Under the pieces are notes generated by a model. That model was given only the letters and a program-made list of their open reading frames with translations, did not search any database and was not told the origin of the DNA. Shown in pieces: positions 34,501-46,089 of a DNA stretch of 64,000 nt. This DNA is from Macrostomum lignano (taxonomy: Eukaryota): positions 186,001 through 250,000 of the forward strand of contig NIVC01001072.1 of assembly GCA_002269645.1 (NCBI GenBank), given 5' to 3'. Both the position numbers and the translations under genes were made by a program. Each line of letters opens with the position of its first letter. Position 1 is the first letter of the stretch.

Positions 34501-36730
34501 GGAGATAGTGAGGGTTGTCAACATCGACAATAGTTAATAAATTAAATATAAAACCAGGGACCTGGGTCTGTGGAACTTAACGAACTCGTACTCAATTACC
34601 TTTGATAAAATGTATAAATTATCAATAGAAATCGAGCTAAAAAAAGTACAACTACAACTTACTATAGTTTCACTTAATGAGGTTTCGTATTGTGTACAAT
34701 AATTTTTTGCTTTGAAGAAATCTTTCCACCTTTTTTCTCTTTCAGAAATCGAATGCAAGAAGATGCTGTAAGTTCATAATATTTTTAAAAATCCATTTTC
34801 TGACGTCTATTCTCTGGCCTTCCTTTCTTGGTGGACAACCCTGCCTCTTGGTGGACAACCCTGTCTCTTGGTGGACAACCCTGTCTCTTGGTGGAAAACC
34901 CTGTCTCTTGGTGGACAACCCTGTCTCTTTTTGGAAAACCCTGTCTCTTGGCGGACAACCCTCTCTTGGTGGGCGCCCCTGTCTCTTGGTGGACAACCCT
35001 GTCTCTTGGTGGACAACCCTCTCTTGGTGGGCGCCCCTGTTTCTTGGTGGACAACCCTGTCTCTTGGTGGACAACCCTGTCTCTTGGTGGACAACCCTGC
35101 TCTTGGCAGACAACCCTGTCTCTTGTTGGACAACCCTATCTCTTGTTGGAAAACCCTGTCTCTTGGCGGACAACCCTGTCTCTTGGCGGACAACCCCGTC
35201 TCTTGGTGGATAACCCTGTCTCTTGGTGGACAACCCTGTCTCTTAGTGGACAACCCTGTCTCTTGGTGGACACCCTGTCTCTTGGTGGACACCCTGTCTC
35301 TTGTTGGAAAACCCTGTCTCTTGTTGGAAAACCCTGTCTCTTGTAAAACCCTGTCTATTGGTGGACAACTCGGTCTGTCTGTGGGCCCCCTTAATTCTCT
35401 AAGGCTCTCACATTAATACACATTAATCACATTCCTCCAGGCCGTGACAAAGCTGCAGTCGGTACTCCGAGGTCACAAAGCTCGACAAGATTATTTGAAT
35501 CGCGACAGACAGCAGCGGCAGCAGCGCCAAGAGTCCCCGACGCCACCAAAACCGCAGCAACGACGACAGGCCATGGACAGCAATAGTGATTACGACAGGG
35601 ACAGCTTTGATAGTGGGAGATTCCGGAACAGACGTACCAGTGGCAGCCGGAACCGCGACGACTTTGGCAAGGAAGACGACATCCCGCAACGCCGACCGCG
35701 CCCAAGAAGCAATTCGAGGAGCCAGCAAGGCTCCGGAGACGATGCCGCCTCCTCCTACAGCAGGCGCAGCGGCACTGGCAGTGCTACAGGTGAGCTGGAG
35801 TTTCTAGTGCTCGCTAGCGCCCCTTGGTGCTGGTGCCCCTTGGTGCTGGCGCCCCTTGGTGCTGGCGCCCCTTGGTGCTGGCGCCCCTTGGTGCTGGCGC
35901 CCCTTGGTGCTGGCGCCCCTTGGTGCTAAAGCCCCTTGGTGCTAAAGCCCCTTGGTGCTAAAGCCCCTTGGTGCTAAAGCCCCTTGGTGCTAAAGCCCCT
36001 TGGTGCTAAAGCCCCTTGGTGCTGGCGCCCCTTGGTGCTGCCCCTTGGTGCTGGCGCTCCTTGGTGCTGGCGCCCTAAATTACGCCAAAGGCTTTTGTAT
36101 AGCATTATAAATGAGGATTTTCAAGAATTTAATAGTTCCACTAAAACACACTAAAAAGAAAAGGGCAGCTGAAATTGCTTTGAAAAAGTTTACAACGTGA
36201 TAGCTTTGAGAGTTGTAATTTGAATGCGCAAAAGATAAGATATTGGGAATTTAGTGTGCTAAAGTACTTTTGCCTACATAAGTTTTAAATCGGAAGTGAT
36301 AAATATATACTTCAAAACAAAAAACTGCGCCATATGAAACCTACCAAGACAAAAATAAGTGTAATATAACAAATAAATTGAGACAGATACTAAGATAACT
36401 TCATGTACACTTATGAGTATGATAATTGTTTTTAAACTTGTGTGTTCTTACTGGTTTATAACGTAATTATTTCTAAGAAAGTTTTTTTACAGAAAATTTA
36501 GCGATTTTAACAAATCAAAAAATATGGTGGTAAGAACGTGTATAGTAGTATTTTAAAGCATATGAATTAGTTTTTTCGCAATGGTAGCTATTTATACTTA
36601 TCTCTCCGCAGTTCAAGCGTCCACAGGTCGTCGCAGCAGCAATCGGCAAGGACGACCATTCGATGCCGGCTCCAGCCGAAATCGTCGCTCGATAGACGAC
36701 AATGACGACGACGACGTTCTAGTTGACTAA
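28573..36730 (+). CDS. IQCE: IQ domain-containing protein E orthologue, about 618 aa; exons 28573-28672, 29616-29860, 30562-30948, 31716-31884, 32704-32814, 33503-33656, 33983-34183, 34746-34767, 35441-35789, 36612-36730
   Basis: All splice phases are consistent. [65 protein letters not shown] matches the recalled IQCE coiled coil; IQ motif [18 protein letters not shown]. Confidence 0.85.
28850..29445. repeat. IQCE intron 1: 20-bp minisatellite
   Basis: Unit gtgtctctggtgtctaatga. Confidence 0.95.
29876..30500. repeat. IQCE intron 2: about 31-36-bp minisatellite
   Basis: Core agtctctagatcccacttcccagtgtcc. Confidence 0.95.
31230..31650. repeat. IQCE intron 3: 23-bp minisatellite
   Basis: Unit atctgacaccctattctagcgcc. 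Confidence 0.95.
32010..32600. repeat. IQCE intron 4: 21-bp minisatellite
   Basis: Unit caagattcaggatgaggtgta. Confidence 0.95.
32945..33440. repeat. IQCE intron 5: 12-bp minisatellite
   Basis: Unit gagagtgacacg. Confidence 0.95.
33690..34520. repeat. IQCE introns 6 and 7: shared 29-30-bp minisatellite on both sides of exon 7
   Basis: Unit g(a/g)gaggcttgtcaatgtacattggcgata at 33690-33930 and 34255-34520. Confidence 0.9.
34820..35370 (-). repeat. IQCE intron 8: 20-bp minisatellite, reverse complement of the array in the MITE at 25708-26396
   Basis: Unit ctgtctcttggtggacaacc. Confidence 0.95.
35815..36080. repeat. IQCE intron 9: 16-bp minisatellite
   Basis: Unit gctggcgccccttggt / gctaaagccccttggt, ending in ggcgccctaaattacgcca (MITE-terminus-like). 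Confidence 0.9.
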
Positions 36731-38085
36731 AAATTATGAAAGTTTAACTGACTGACCAAAAATTAATTTTAATTTATCTGAACTACCTTATTGAAACAAT
36801 TAACCGTTATACACATGTAAATGCAGAAGATCCAGATGAATTCGCGCGCATTCTGGTGTTGTGTCAATTTTTGGATAACATATTTATTTTTTCCTATTGA
36901 ATTCTACTTATAGTAGCCTTGTTTAAACAGTCGGGCTAATATATTGATTTATCGTATATTTATACTCAAATATATACCATGGTGCACTGAATATTATAAG
37001 TTTGCAGGTTACTTTCTTTTATTAAACTTGGGTTAAGGTGGTTTTTAATTCGCTTGGATTATTTCGCATGAATTTAAATTGATTATCTAATTTAGATTAA
37101 GCAACACTAATGACTATTTCTGGGAAATTCTATCAATTGAATGTTTTTTATACATGTGGGTTTGCTTGAACTGTGTTTGTAAAAAAGGCGAGTGTATATG
37201 GAACGCTTTTTATAGTACGCCTTGATTTTCCTATACCTTATCTTTCTCAAATAATTAAACGCACAAGAACTGTTTTATTAAACAATATTGTGATGGAAAA
37301 TCTACTAATATTGAAATTTTACACTGAGTTGTAAATTTGTCTGACCACTGACGGATGTTTTTTATACTCTTAGTTTATGCATTAATTGTAATTTATTAGT
37401 TGTGAACAAACTTTCACGTTTGTTTGTTATACTGTCTCTACGTTTTAATTAATGAAATAATCAAATGCTGTATTTATTGTAATCTTCATGCTACTATAAA
37501 ATTCTATACTGAAATTCGATCTTTGCACTCTGTCTGTTTTCTGGCGGAAAAATTAATACGACTGTAATTACGCGCTGATTGAATCTACTAGCCGTTAATT
37601 ATTTTATACGGAGTAGTTTGTCTAGCGACATTTGATCAAAATTTTAACAATTAGTTTACAACTATTGTGAGATTATTTTTAGAGTACTTAGCTGCGACTA
37701 AGGGAGTTTGCTTTTGGAATTGGAATTGGAATTTTGAAAAAAATTGATTTTTAAGGAGGGAATTAAACTACTGATTTGCTGAAGGGAATAATATACAGGC
37801 GCAAAATTAGTTAGCTGCTAGCTACATGTAATACACACAGGCAGGGACTCTAGCCAACTTTGTTATCAGACACAAAGACTTTAAAAGGAATTAGCGTTTG
37901 TTATATCTTGCCAACAGGATCGGCCACAGACAGTAGTGGTCTGGCTTCGCATGTACTTTTAAAAGTCGTTACAAGTACATGTACACGTCGTTTCAACTAG
38001 TCGCACTCCATTTGAACAAAATTTACGGCTTAAAGTTCCTGCAATTTCGGTGTGCATGCATTTAACCAAGCACTCCAGGTAGTTT

Positions 38086-38448
38086 CCGGGAAAAAACATG
38101 CTTAACTTCCCAAGTCAACCACATGTGATGACATTGTTGACTTTCCCAAGTTTGCAAAGTATCATTGTTATGAACTAGAAAGTATGCAATGTTGTTGTCC
38201 AAATTCAACAATCGACTTGCAAAGTTTACAAAGTACACGCCGTGTCTCTACATCCAAGTGGAAAGTGTACATGTACAGTAGCTACTTGAGAACTGACTGA
38301 AGAAAACATTGCGTACTTGAAAGTACACTTATCGAATGTTCTTGGAAAACTTGGAGAGTTTCTTAGGCGGTACTTGCCTCCAGGTTGCATTGTTGATCCT
38401 CCACTACAGTGAAAGTACCTGACAACTTAGCAAGTTTTTTTTCTCGGG
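38086..38448. mobile_element. Possible small non-autonomous element with CCCG(A/G)GAAAAAA-type termini
   Basis: ccgggaaaaaacatgcttaac (38086) versus gcaagtttttttttctcggg (ending 38448); internal aagtac/aacttg repeats. Confidence 0.4.
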
Positions 38449-38867
38449 TTACTAACCTGAGAGATTCTGCAATAAAAAAACAATCAGTATAAGACAACAG
38501 ATGTCAAATTATGACGATAAAAATTTTTTATCCTTACTTAAGAGCTGAATGCGAGGATGTATAGTATAATATATTCATTTTCTATTATTTCTACGAAGTA
38601 CTTCACTGTTGATTTATTTGTTTAAATTCCTAAAAAGAAAGCTACGCTCGTACGCGCTCGTAAAAAGCTAAAGCCGTCAAATATAAATCAACTGAAATCC
38701 TAATATACTTTACTCGTAGCATTAAAAGTTTAAACACGCTCTGTGCCCTATATGAATGAAAATATCAAATGCCGTCTTACTATAATGCTAGTTTATACAG
38801 TAGCTGCATGTAAAAAGTTAAAGTCAAGTCGGAAAAAGCCTAAATTTAAATATTTCATCGCACAAAT

Positions 38868-39323
38868 TCAAACGGTCGGGTTATGTCCAATTTGACGTTG
38901 GGCATCGCCAAGTATGTTCTCGAGCATCTTCTCTAGATCTTCAATCTGTCGATTCATATCGTCCAGTTTGCTCAGGATCAAATCGACCATCTCTTGAAAG
39001 TGTTGCTGCATTTGGTCCAGTGAATTCTGCAGACAGGCATTGATATCGGCGGCGGCGCCTTTGATATTTGTTGTTGTTGTTGTTTTGCTTTGATTTGCGA
39101 CTGCGGCTGCTGCTGTGTTGGGACACTTGTTGCTGGTTTCTGCTTCAACCGATGTTTCAGCGTCCATGGTTACCGCAGCGGCTGTGCGGGCCACTGTTGT
39201 GCCAGCATCAACCGTGTTGTTGTTGCATTGCAGTTGCTGCTGCGGAGGCTGCTGAGTTGCCAGTCGCGTCGGCGTCAGCTGCAGTTCGTCATCAGCTCTA
39301 TCCTGCTGAGCTGCCAACGACAT
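38868..39323 (-). CDS. HSBP1: Heat shock factor-binding protein 1-like, intronless, with a low-complexity N-terminal extension (about 151 aa; alternative start 39356)
   Basis: ADINACLQNSLDQMQQHFQEMVDLILSKLDDMNRQIEDLEKMLENIL matches the recalled HSBP1 coiled coil (..[37 protein letters not shown]). Confidence 0.75.
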   Translation of the reverse strand: MSLAAQQDRADDELQLTPTRLATQQPPQQQLQCNNNTVDAGTTVARTAAAVTMDAETSVEAETSNKCPNTAAAAVANQSKTTTTTNIKGAAADINACLQNSLDQMQQHFQEMVDLILSKLDDMNRQIEDLEKMLENILGDAQRQIGHNPTV

Positions 39324-39667
39324 TATATTGTGCTCTTTATTACGAAGAGAATGCACTTTTATTTAGCGACCAAGTGATGCTCTTTGAAGCAGAACAGTCG
39401 TATCATAATGGATTTGCTGCTGTTTGAGTTAAATTTTTTAAATCATATTTCTACCATAGAGAGTTTGCCACTGTCAACATGTATAATTGATATTGCATAG
39501 TTTTGTTACGTTTATCATTCCAAATCGTGAGTAATCGATCGATCGAGTTGTCACTTGTTGTCACTGCAGCTGATTATACCCGGTGGAATCCGCATTATAG
39601 CGCTTAACGTATACAAAATCTGTCAATATTAGTGTCATTTCAGCCAATTTGGCACTATATGTGTTTC

Positions 39668-41935
39668 CAGGGGCGTCTGACATTGATTTTGTGGTGGGAG
39701 GACAAAGCCAAAGAATTTTACATGTACATGTGCATGACTAAATTCCTACATGTGATGAGGACGCACTTTTTTCCCAAATCCCACGCTGGCACATGGGCTC
39801 TAAACTTGCCAGCCTACTAGCAAGAGGCTATGGGCATTTCTTCTTCTCTCTATGTAATTTTCCTAGAATTCATACTAATTATATGATTTTGCCATACTAG
39901 TACTTATAATAACATAGGCGCGGCTTTTGGGTCATAAATATCGCTTTTGAAGCTGGTCTGACAGCCACCTGCGCCTCACTCAGTGCTGAGACTGGCGCCA
40001 GATGGTCTGAGAGGATGCGGGCGGTAGCTTTTTTCTCATCTTTTTGACAGGCCATCAAGATTTATGAGGTCAGGGCCTATTGTTCGTGTTCACTCAAGCG
40101 TGTGACAGCTTTGACAGCTATGCGTTTTACACTTTGGGATTAGCGATTAGCGATTTCTCTTCATTATCTTCACTTTCTACTTAATAAGAGCTTTCTAATG
40201 TATATTATTTCATTAATTTTTGTCATTCCTACGCGAAAGGTCATAAATCATTATGTAGCGATTTTGAGTTATTATGACCGCACCTGTCGTATTTTTATGG
40301 CCCCGAGGAAACTGATAGGATCTCTTGGTCACGTGAGTTTGGGTGGCAACAAGCTCAGCCAATCAGAAAATTCGACGTGCGTTATAACAAATCGGCTCAG
40401 CCAATCAGAATCGAGGTGTTCCATTATAACAAATTGCGGTCCAGTTTGCGGCTATAAAAACCGGCGTTTTTGGCTCGCTCGGACTTCAACTTGGCCAGTC
40501 ACCTGTCACCTGACACCCAGCTGCTACTCGCGACCGTCGTCTCTTGATCCCCGGATCGCGACTCCCCCCCCATCACCATCAAGGACGAATTCCCACGGTC
40601 GTCAGCAGCGAACATCAAGGTTGAGAGCATCGCCTGCTAGCTATCTGCGAAGATTGTGACATCAGCATCATCCCATGCCTACAGCTGCGAAGCACTAAGC
40701 TGATTCGGTCACTGTGGATTACCTGGTCTCCGGCTGTTGAGTTTCTGATTGGTTGGGTGAGAGGCTACCTAGACTTGCTTGATTGGGTGATCCCTTTATC
40801 TGTCCCCTGTTTCAGTAGCTGGATTAGGCACACACTTTTGCTCATTTTGTTCAGTAGTGCTGTTACTGAGGCAGAAACCATTCAATAATACTGTTTAGTA
40901 GTCTGAAGCTCCAATTCAATCTGAAGTGTGAAGTGATTTAAGGAGAAGGTTAAATCTGACAGTTACTTTTATCGGTTTTATTTCTTTGTTCGCCGATGGC
41001 TCAGATGAGTAGCTAAGCTAGTAGGCGCCGGTCGCAGTGGACCAATGGCAAGGCAGTTCTCAGTCGATCAATCTATCAAATCAGTTAGCGAAATTGCCAA
41101 TAGTGCAGAATCGGCTCCAGAGATGTACTCTGTGCACTCTAGATTCGCCAAGTGGCTCGGGTAATGAATCATGCGGTCTCTGATGTTCGAGTTAGCCTAT
41201 CATCAGCGCTAGGAGAGGCTAGTCGGCGCGTTGAAGGCCAAAAGTACATATCCTCGTATTTAGCAATGTAATAGTACATGTAGCTACCCCATAGACTCGC
41301 CACCGCAAGAATCCCCTGCACAAGTCCCCTCTGTACCTGCATGGCCAATGCGATCAAGTCCCAGCAGTGTCCCATATCATCGGCTATGACTTCGAGATTG
41401 ACAGTAAAGACACTAGTTGGCAGGTAAAGTGCTAAGCCCCTCTAGTCGGAAGCCCGATTTCGAAAGTTCCGGTTTGGTGAGCCAGGGCACGGGCTGGTGG
41501 TAGCGTTAGCTAATCTGCGGATTAGCTGATTCTACCTTCAAAATTCTCCCTGCTTGTCTATCGCTGTCCCTCTCTTAGCTATAGGACCTAGACTGCCCGC
41601 CACACGATCAAGCTACCATGGGGCTGACCATCTGACAGGAGTGGAGGGCCAGGTCTCTAATTGATTTATTTCTGAGACCTGAGGCCAGAAGGCTTCCCCA
41701 CAAGGGGGCTGAAAGGTCGAAACCCATCACTTGAACAATGTTTACAGAATCGGTGCTGTCAGCGCTCATTTTGACATCGCAGGCATTTTAGCGCCGCAGG
41801 CACTCATTTTGGCGCCGCAGGCACCATTTTGGTTCTGCAGGCGCTATGTTTTGTCGCCCTGAAGCAAAATTATTGATTTTCATAACGGGTCACAAGGTGG
41901 GGTGAGAGGAAAAAGCATTGGCATGTCCCCCCATA
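39668..41935 (+). mobile_element. Second copy of the 6715-7348 MITE family, split by an LTR-like insertion (pieces 39668-39752 and 41730-41935)
   Basis: Left piece caggggcgtc...ggacaaagcca.agaattt..atgtacatg..ctaaatt; right piece ttttagcgccgcaggcactc...cgccctgaa..aaaattattgatt...cacaaggtgggg...aaagcattggcatgtcccccc. Confidence 0.65.
39753..41729 (+). mobile_element. LTR-like element (about 1.98 kb, probably a solo LTR)
   Basis: TGATG...CATCA termini; TSD CATG/CTTG (3/4); two ctcagccaatcagaa CCAAT boxes (about 40352 and 40396) and TATAAAA (about 40454); no long ORF. Confidence 0.55.
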
Positions 41936-41988
41936 GCTTTTAATGCAAATAGCTACTTGTAAATACAAAAACGAAAACAAAATACTTT

Positions 41989-43562
41989 GTCAGCCAGTCA
42001 AGCGTCGTAGGACAATGTCACAGAGCGTGTTTCAAGGCCTGGGCGCGAATGTAGGCCGCACCGCTGGCAGTGTCAGGGGCGCGGGCGTCAGCCAGCAGGC
42101 AGTCGACGAAACGCCGAGTCCGCGCCTGCCCCCCGCCGGTAGGGTGCCTGTAGCGTCAGCAGCAGCACCTCCTGCACGGGCTGTGGGCAGTACGACTCGA
42201 CTCGGATAAAATGGCCTGCCAGCTGGAGTCGCCGACGGCGCAACAGTTCGCTGGAACGGAACATACCGGTGCGGCGATAGAGTGCCGCATTGGTGACTCA
42301 CTCGTAGCCGTACAACAGAACGGTCTCGATCACCGCCTGGAACAACGCCGCCCTCTGGCGGTCAGGCAGGGCCTCGGACTGCAGGACAACCCTCATGGCC
42401 CTCATGGAGGACAGCCCAGGCAAGTCCACGACTACGTCGCAGGTCCTCGCAAACGTACGTCAGGCACCAGACCGCCGAGGTAGACGAACTGCTGACAGTG
42501 CGGAAGCTTCGTTACCTATCTGTCAGCTTCTCAGCCCTCGGCAGTCGAGGACAGCACGATCGAGATCGGCGTAGCCAAACACGCTGAGCCGCCTCTCTGG
42601 TTGGCGTCAGTCGACCCACGCGTCGCTGCAGCAGGAAGCTGTCGTTATTAGAAGGGAGTCCGCAGCCCCCATTCAAGCACCAGGACGAACAGGAACGCGT
42701 AAGCGTATCTCCCCGAAGCAACACAGAGGATGTCTCAAAGAAATACGACAGGCCGTCCGATGTTAGCACATGAGCCATGACCGGTGCCCCAATACAGCGC
42801 CATGACAGCGGAAATCAGCCATTGGGAGCACGGCCCATTTCCGAGTCGAAAAGTCAATAAAGAGAGCAATCAGACTCGCGACTGGCGGGTCCGCGCAATT
42901 CCTCGAGAGACAGGCAAAGAGACAGGATCCACGCCACTGTGCCGCGATGGGGTCGGAACCTGTTCTGCTCAGGCCGCAAATACGGATTCAGCACGGGCTG
43001 CAACCGCGATAGCAGCATCCGCTTGAACGGCTTCGCAGCGCAGGACTGCAGGCAGATGGCTTGCAGGCACCTATAGGTGCATGCTCTTAGAGCCGTGGTG
43101 CCCGCGGCTTTCTTCGGAATATTGACGATGTGCGTCGTGGACCCCATTCGTTGGGTGCCGCCTCACAAAACAGCACGCGGTTCATCACACTGACGACCTC
43201 GCTGGCCACACAGTGGAGTCGCAGCGCCTGGGCACCTCGTCCGGACCCAACGCTTTTACCTTTTAGTCTTCAGGGCGAGCATCACAACCATCGGCTGTGC
43301 TGACTGTGTTCCTACATTGAAACTCCCCTGCTGGCAACGCGGAGTCGTCGGCGGCAGCCTCAGATCGTTTGGCAGCGGGGGCGGCGGCGCGTTGACGATG
43401 GAGGAGAACTCGCGCGCAAGCTCACTAATACTTCTGCGCTGATCCGGAGTGTCGTCAGTCAGGTTGAGCGGGATGCGCCGGCTCCTCCGGGTCGGAGCGT
43501 TGATGGTGGCCCAGACCACCGCGCCCTTTTGCGTCTGGTCCAGCGCGGCGGTGACGGTCAGA
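41989..43562 (-). pseudogene. 5'-truncated, frameshifted non-LTR retrotransposon (RTE-like) reverse transcriptase
   Basis: Minus-strand fragments IVNIPKK, YRCL..ICL.SCAAKPFKRMLLSRLQP..LRPEQNRFR, VLTSDG.S.FF.TSS.LLRGDTL, GQARTRRFVDCLLAD; short tgactggctgac tail. Confidence 0.8.
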
Positions 43563-45166
43563 ATAATAAAGATAATCGGATTCGAATTAATAGTGCTGAT
43601 GGTAATTTTAGGCTTAATGCCTACACTATATTATGCATATAAACGAAAAGGATTAGACTCATAACATAAAGTTACTTTCGTCTTGCTAAATGATGAGAAA
43701 TAGGCATAACAGAAAAACTTGACTTCTATTTGTTATACAGTGCTGGTATGCATGTACATTTCTTAGAAATTTGATCCCTAAACTAAACTATACGAAGAGG
43801 ATTTACAGGTCTTTAGATATGGACTAGGCCTATGGGCTATGGCGATATTTTATGGAGTTCCAGAAAATTTAGTTTTCTGTTTTTTTCTGGAAGGGCTAGG
43901 AGCTATCTTTTTTGATCAAAATTTAGCTACTCTAACTATGTATATAGAGACTTGGAACTTTGGTTCCACCTGCTATCTCAGCAATCTCTATATGCCAATC
44001 TGTATACCAAGAAGGCATGCTAGGCCCCTTTGTATGCCAAGTTATACACAATAGTGTATTCAAGGTCCCTTTGTAGGCCCTAGGCCCCTAGGCCTATGCC
44101 ATTTTTTGGTGTAGGCAACATATATATTATCTAGAGTCTGACTAACCCTAATATGTATGTGGCATCAAAACTTTTTATTGATTAAGTCCTCAACCTCATG
44201 AACTTAAGAGCTCCCCTAAGGCCTAAACTAAAAGTAAAAATATTCATCTTAACATTAGCCCTTACTAGGCCTAGGCCTATCCAACTACAATGTGCATATT
44301 ACTAAGGGGTACCAGTCGTTTCAGTGACAAGACGTTTTGGTGACAAATAGTCATTTTAGTGACAAGTTGCAATTGTGATAGACACACTTCATTTTCAATG
44401 AAAAATCAAAGATTTCATGAGTATTGTTATTTTAGTGATAAGAGGCATTTTATAATATTTGGAAAAAAATTCATCTTAACTATGAACTTTAGCCTCTACA
44501 GTCTACTATCCAACTATAATATAGACATGGCATTGAAAATTTTTTTGATGTTAGAGTCCTAAATTCTAGAAGCTTTGCCTTTGGGCTTATAAGTTCTCTC
44601 CCTCACCTGAAAACTGGCAATAGGGGTCTATTCATTTATTTTTATAACCTTAACCCTATTAAATCAATTGCTCTAACAATCTTTCAATTCTCAATTGAGT
44701 GGTAGACCCAATTACTAGATATAATAAGAACTAAACTAGTTATGGGAAGTAAGGCCTATATGTTTTTAACCATATTTATATCTGTATGCTTTGCCAAAAA
44801 ACCTCTGTTTGCAACTTCCTATAGGCCCTAGCTTAGCTAGCTGTATCCATAGCTATAATAGAATTCTAATGCTATCATCATAAGTCATAAGTGTAGCATA
44901 TTAGTAATTTGGTATATTAAAAAAATAAGCCTAGAACAAGGGTACACCTTAACGCCTATAATTATACTAGGCCTATGAATAATAAATGTCAATTCATATA
45001 ATAGGATACTTGACAAAATCAAAATAGCTCAATAGGACAATTTTGTATTATAAAAATAAAATAGGGCCTATACAAAAATATTCTAACCTATAATATATAT
45101 TGATAAGTTGCTTAAAATATTTAGGTTTTTATTCCATTCTAGACAATATATTATAATTGTTATAGG

Positions 45167-45562
45167 TAGAGGTCGGACAAGATTGAAATCTTTGGGCGGG
45201 ATCGGGAATAATTTTTTTCTTGGGATCAGGATTGGTATCGAGATTTGAGAATTGGGATCAGGTCTTTCAAGTTAATTATTGTCCATGTAAAGTTAAACAA
45301 AATTGAGAAAAGATTGTCAAGATCAAGAAGTAAAACACAACAAAATTGATATGAAGTTTTGTAACCAACAAAGTAAATAATGTAACGAGTACAAGTTAAA
45401 GCAAAATACCTTCAAGTAATCACTAATTCTATAAATTTTTAATCAAAAGACCTGTTCTTGAATCTCGAGTTTTTTAGGGTTGGGATTCTGGTCCCGCGGG
45501 AATTCAATTTCTTCTGGATCCCAAGATTTTGGGATTGGGATTGGGATCCCGTCCGACCTCTA
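45167..45562. mobile_element. hAT-type MITE (396 bp)
   Basis: 12-bp TIR TAGAGGTCGGAC; TSD GTTATAGG/GTTATAGA (7/8); subterminal GGGAT(C/T) repeats. Confidence 0.8.
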
Positions 45563-46089
45563 GTTATAGACCCTATTCTAAAAAAATCGCATATTTTTGT
45601 GTATAAAAAGCCACACTAGTTTTAGTAATTTAGATATATTATAGGGCCTAGGGGCCTTACTTTTTAGTTAATTATAATTATAGCTAGGCTTAGGCTAGTT
45701 TTGACCATACATACAGTTGTTTTACATAAATCTATACTTCAATTAGGGTCATATGACTTGTCAGTATATTTGAAAAATTCTAATTCTAAGGATAAAATAG
45801 GCTTTATAAAATGAATAACTTTGCAAATCAATTAAATTGAATAAAAAAGCAAATATAAACTTGAAAAAAAACTATTGAGAAATTAAAAATATATATATCT
45901 GGTTTTTATTGGAAATGATAATAAACTATGCCTCTGATATCTTGTTTATAAAAATTTAAAAATGTGACTTTCACAAAAATAGAAGCTTTAATTTTATATT
46001 TTCAAACTTGAACTAGTTCTAACCTAAAAATTCATTATCAAATCTTTAGATAAACTTTAAAATTCTCATTTTGTTTCCTTTTTTAGCAG

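Noticed and set aside
32141-35416. ORFs with RMRCT, SDTE/RRVT and DNPVSWWTT repeats
   Set aside because: Artefacts of the IQCE intronic minisatellites.
41025-41075. tRNA-like A-box (gtggaccaatggcaaggc)
   Set aside because: No B-box or cloverleaf downstream.
41650-41729. Possible hammerhead ribozyme (ctgagacct...aggtcgaaac)
   Set aside because: The core lacks the CUGANGA motif and no stem III/NUH partner was found.
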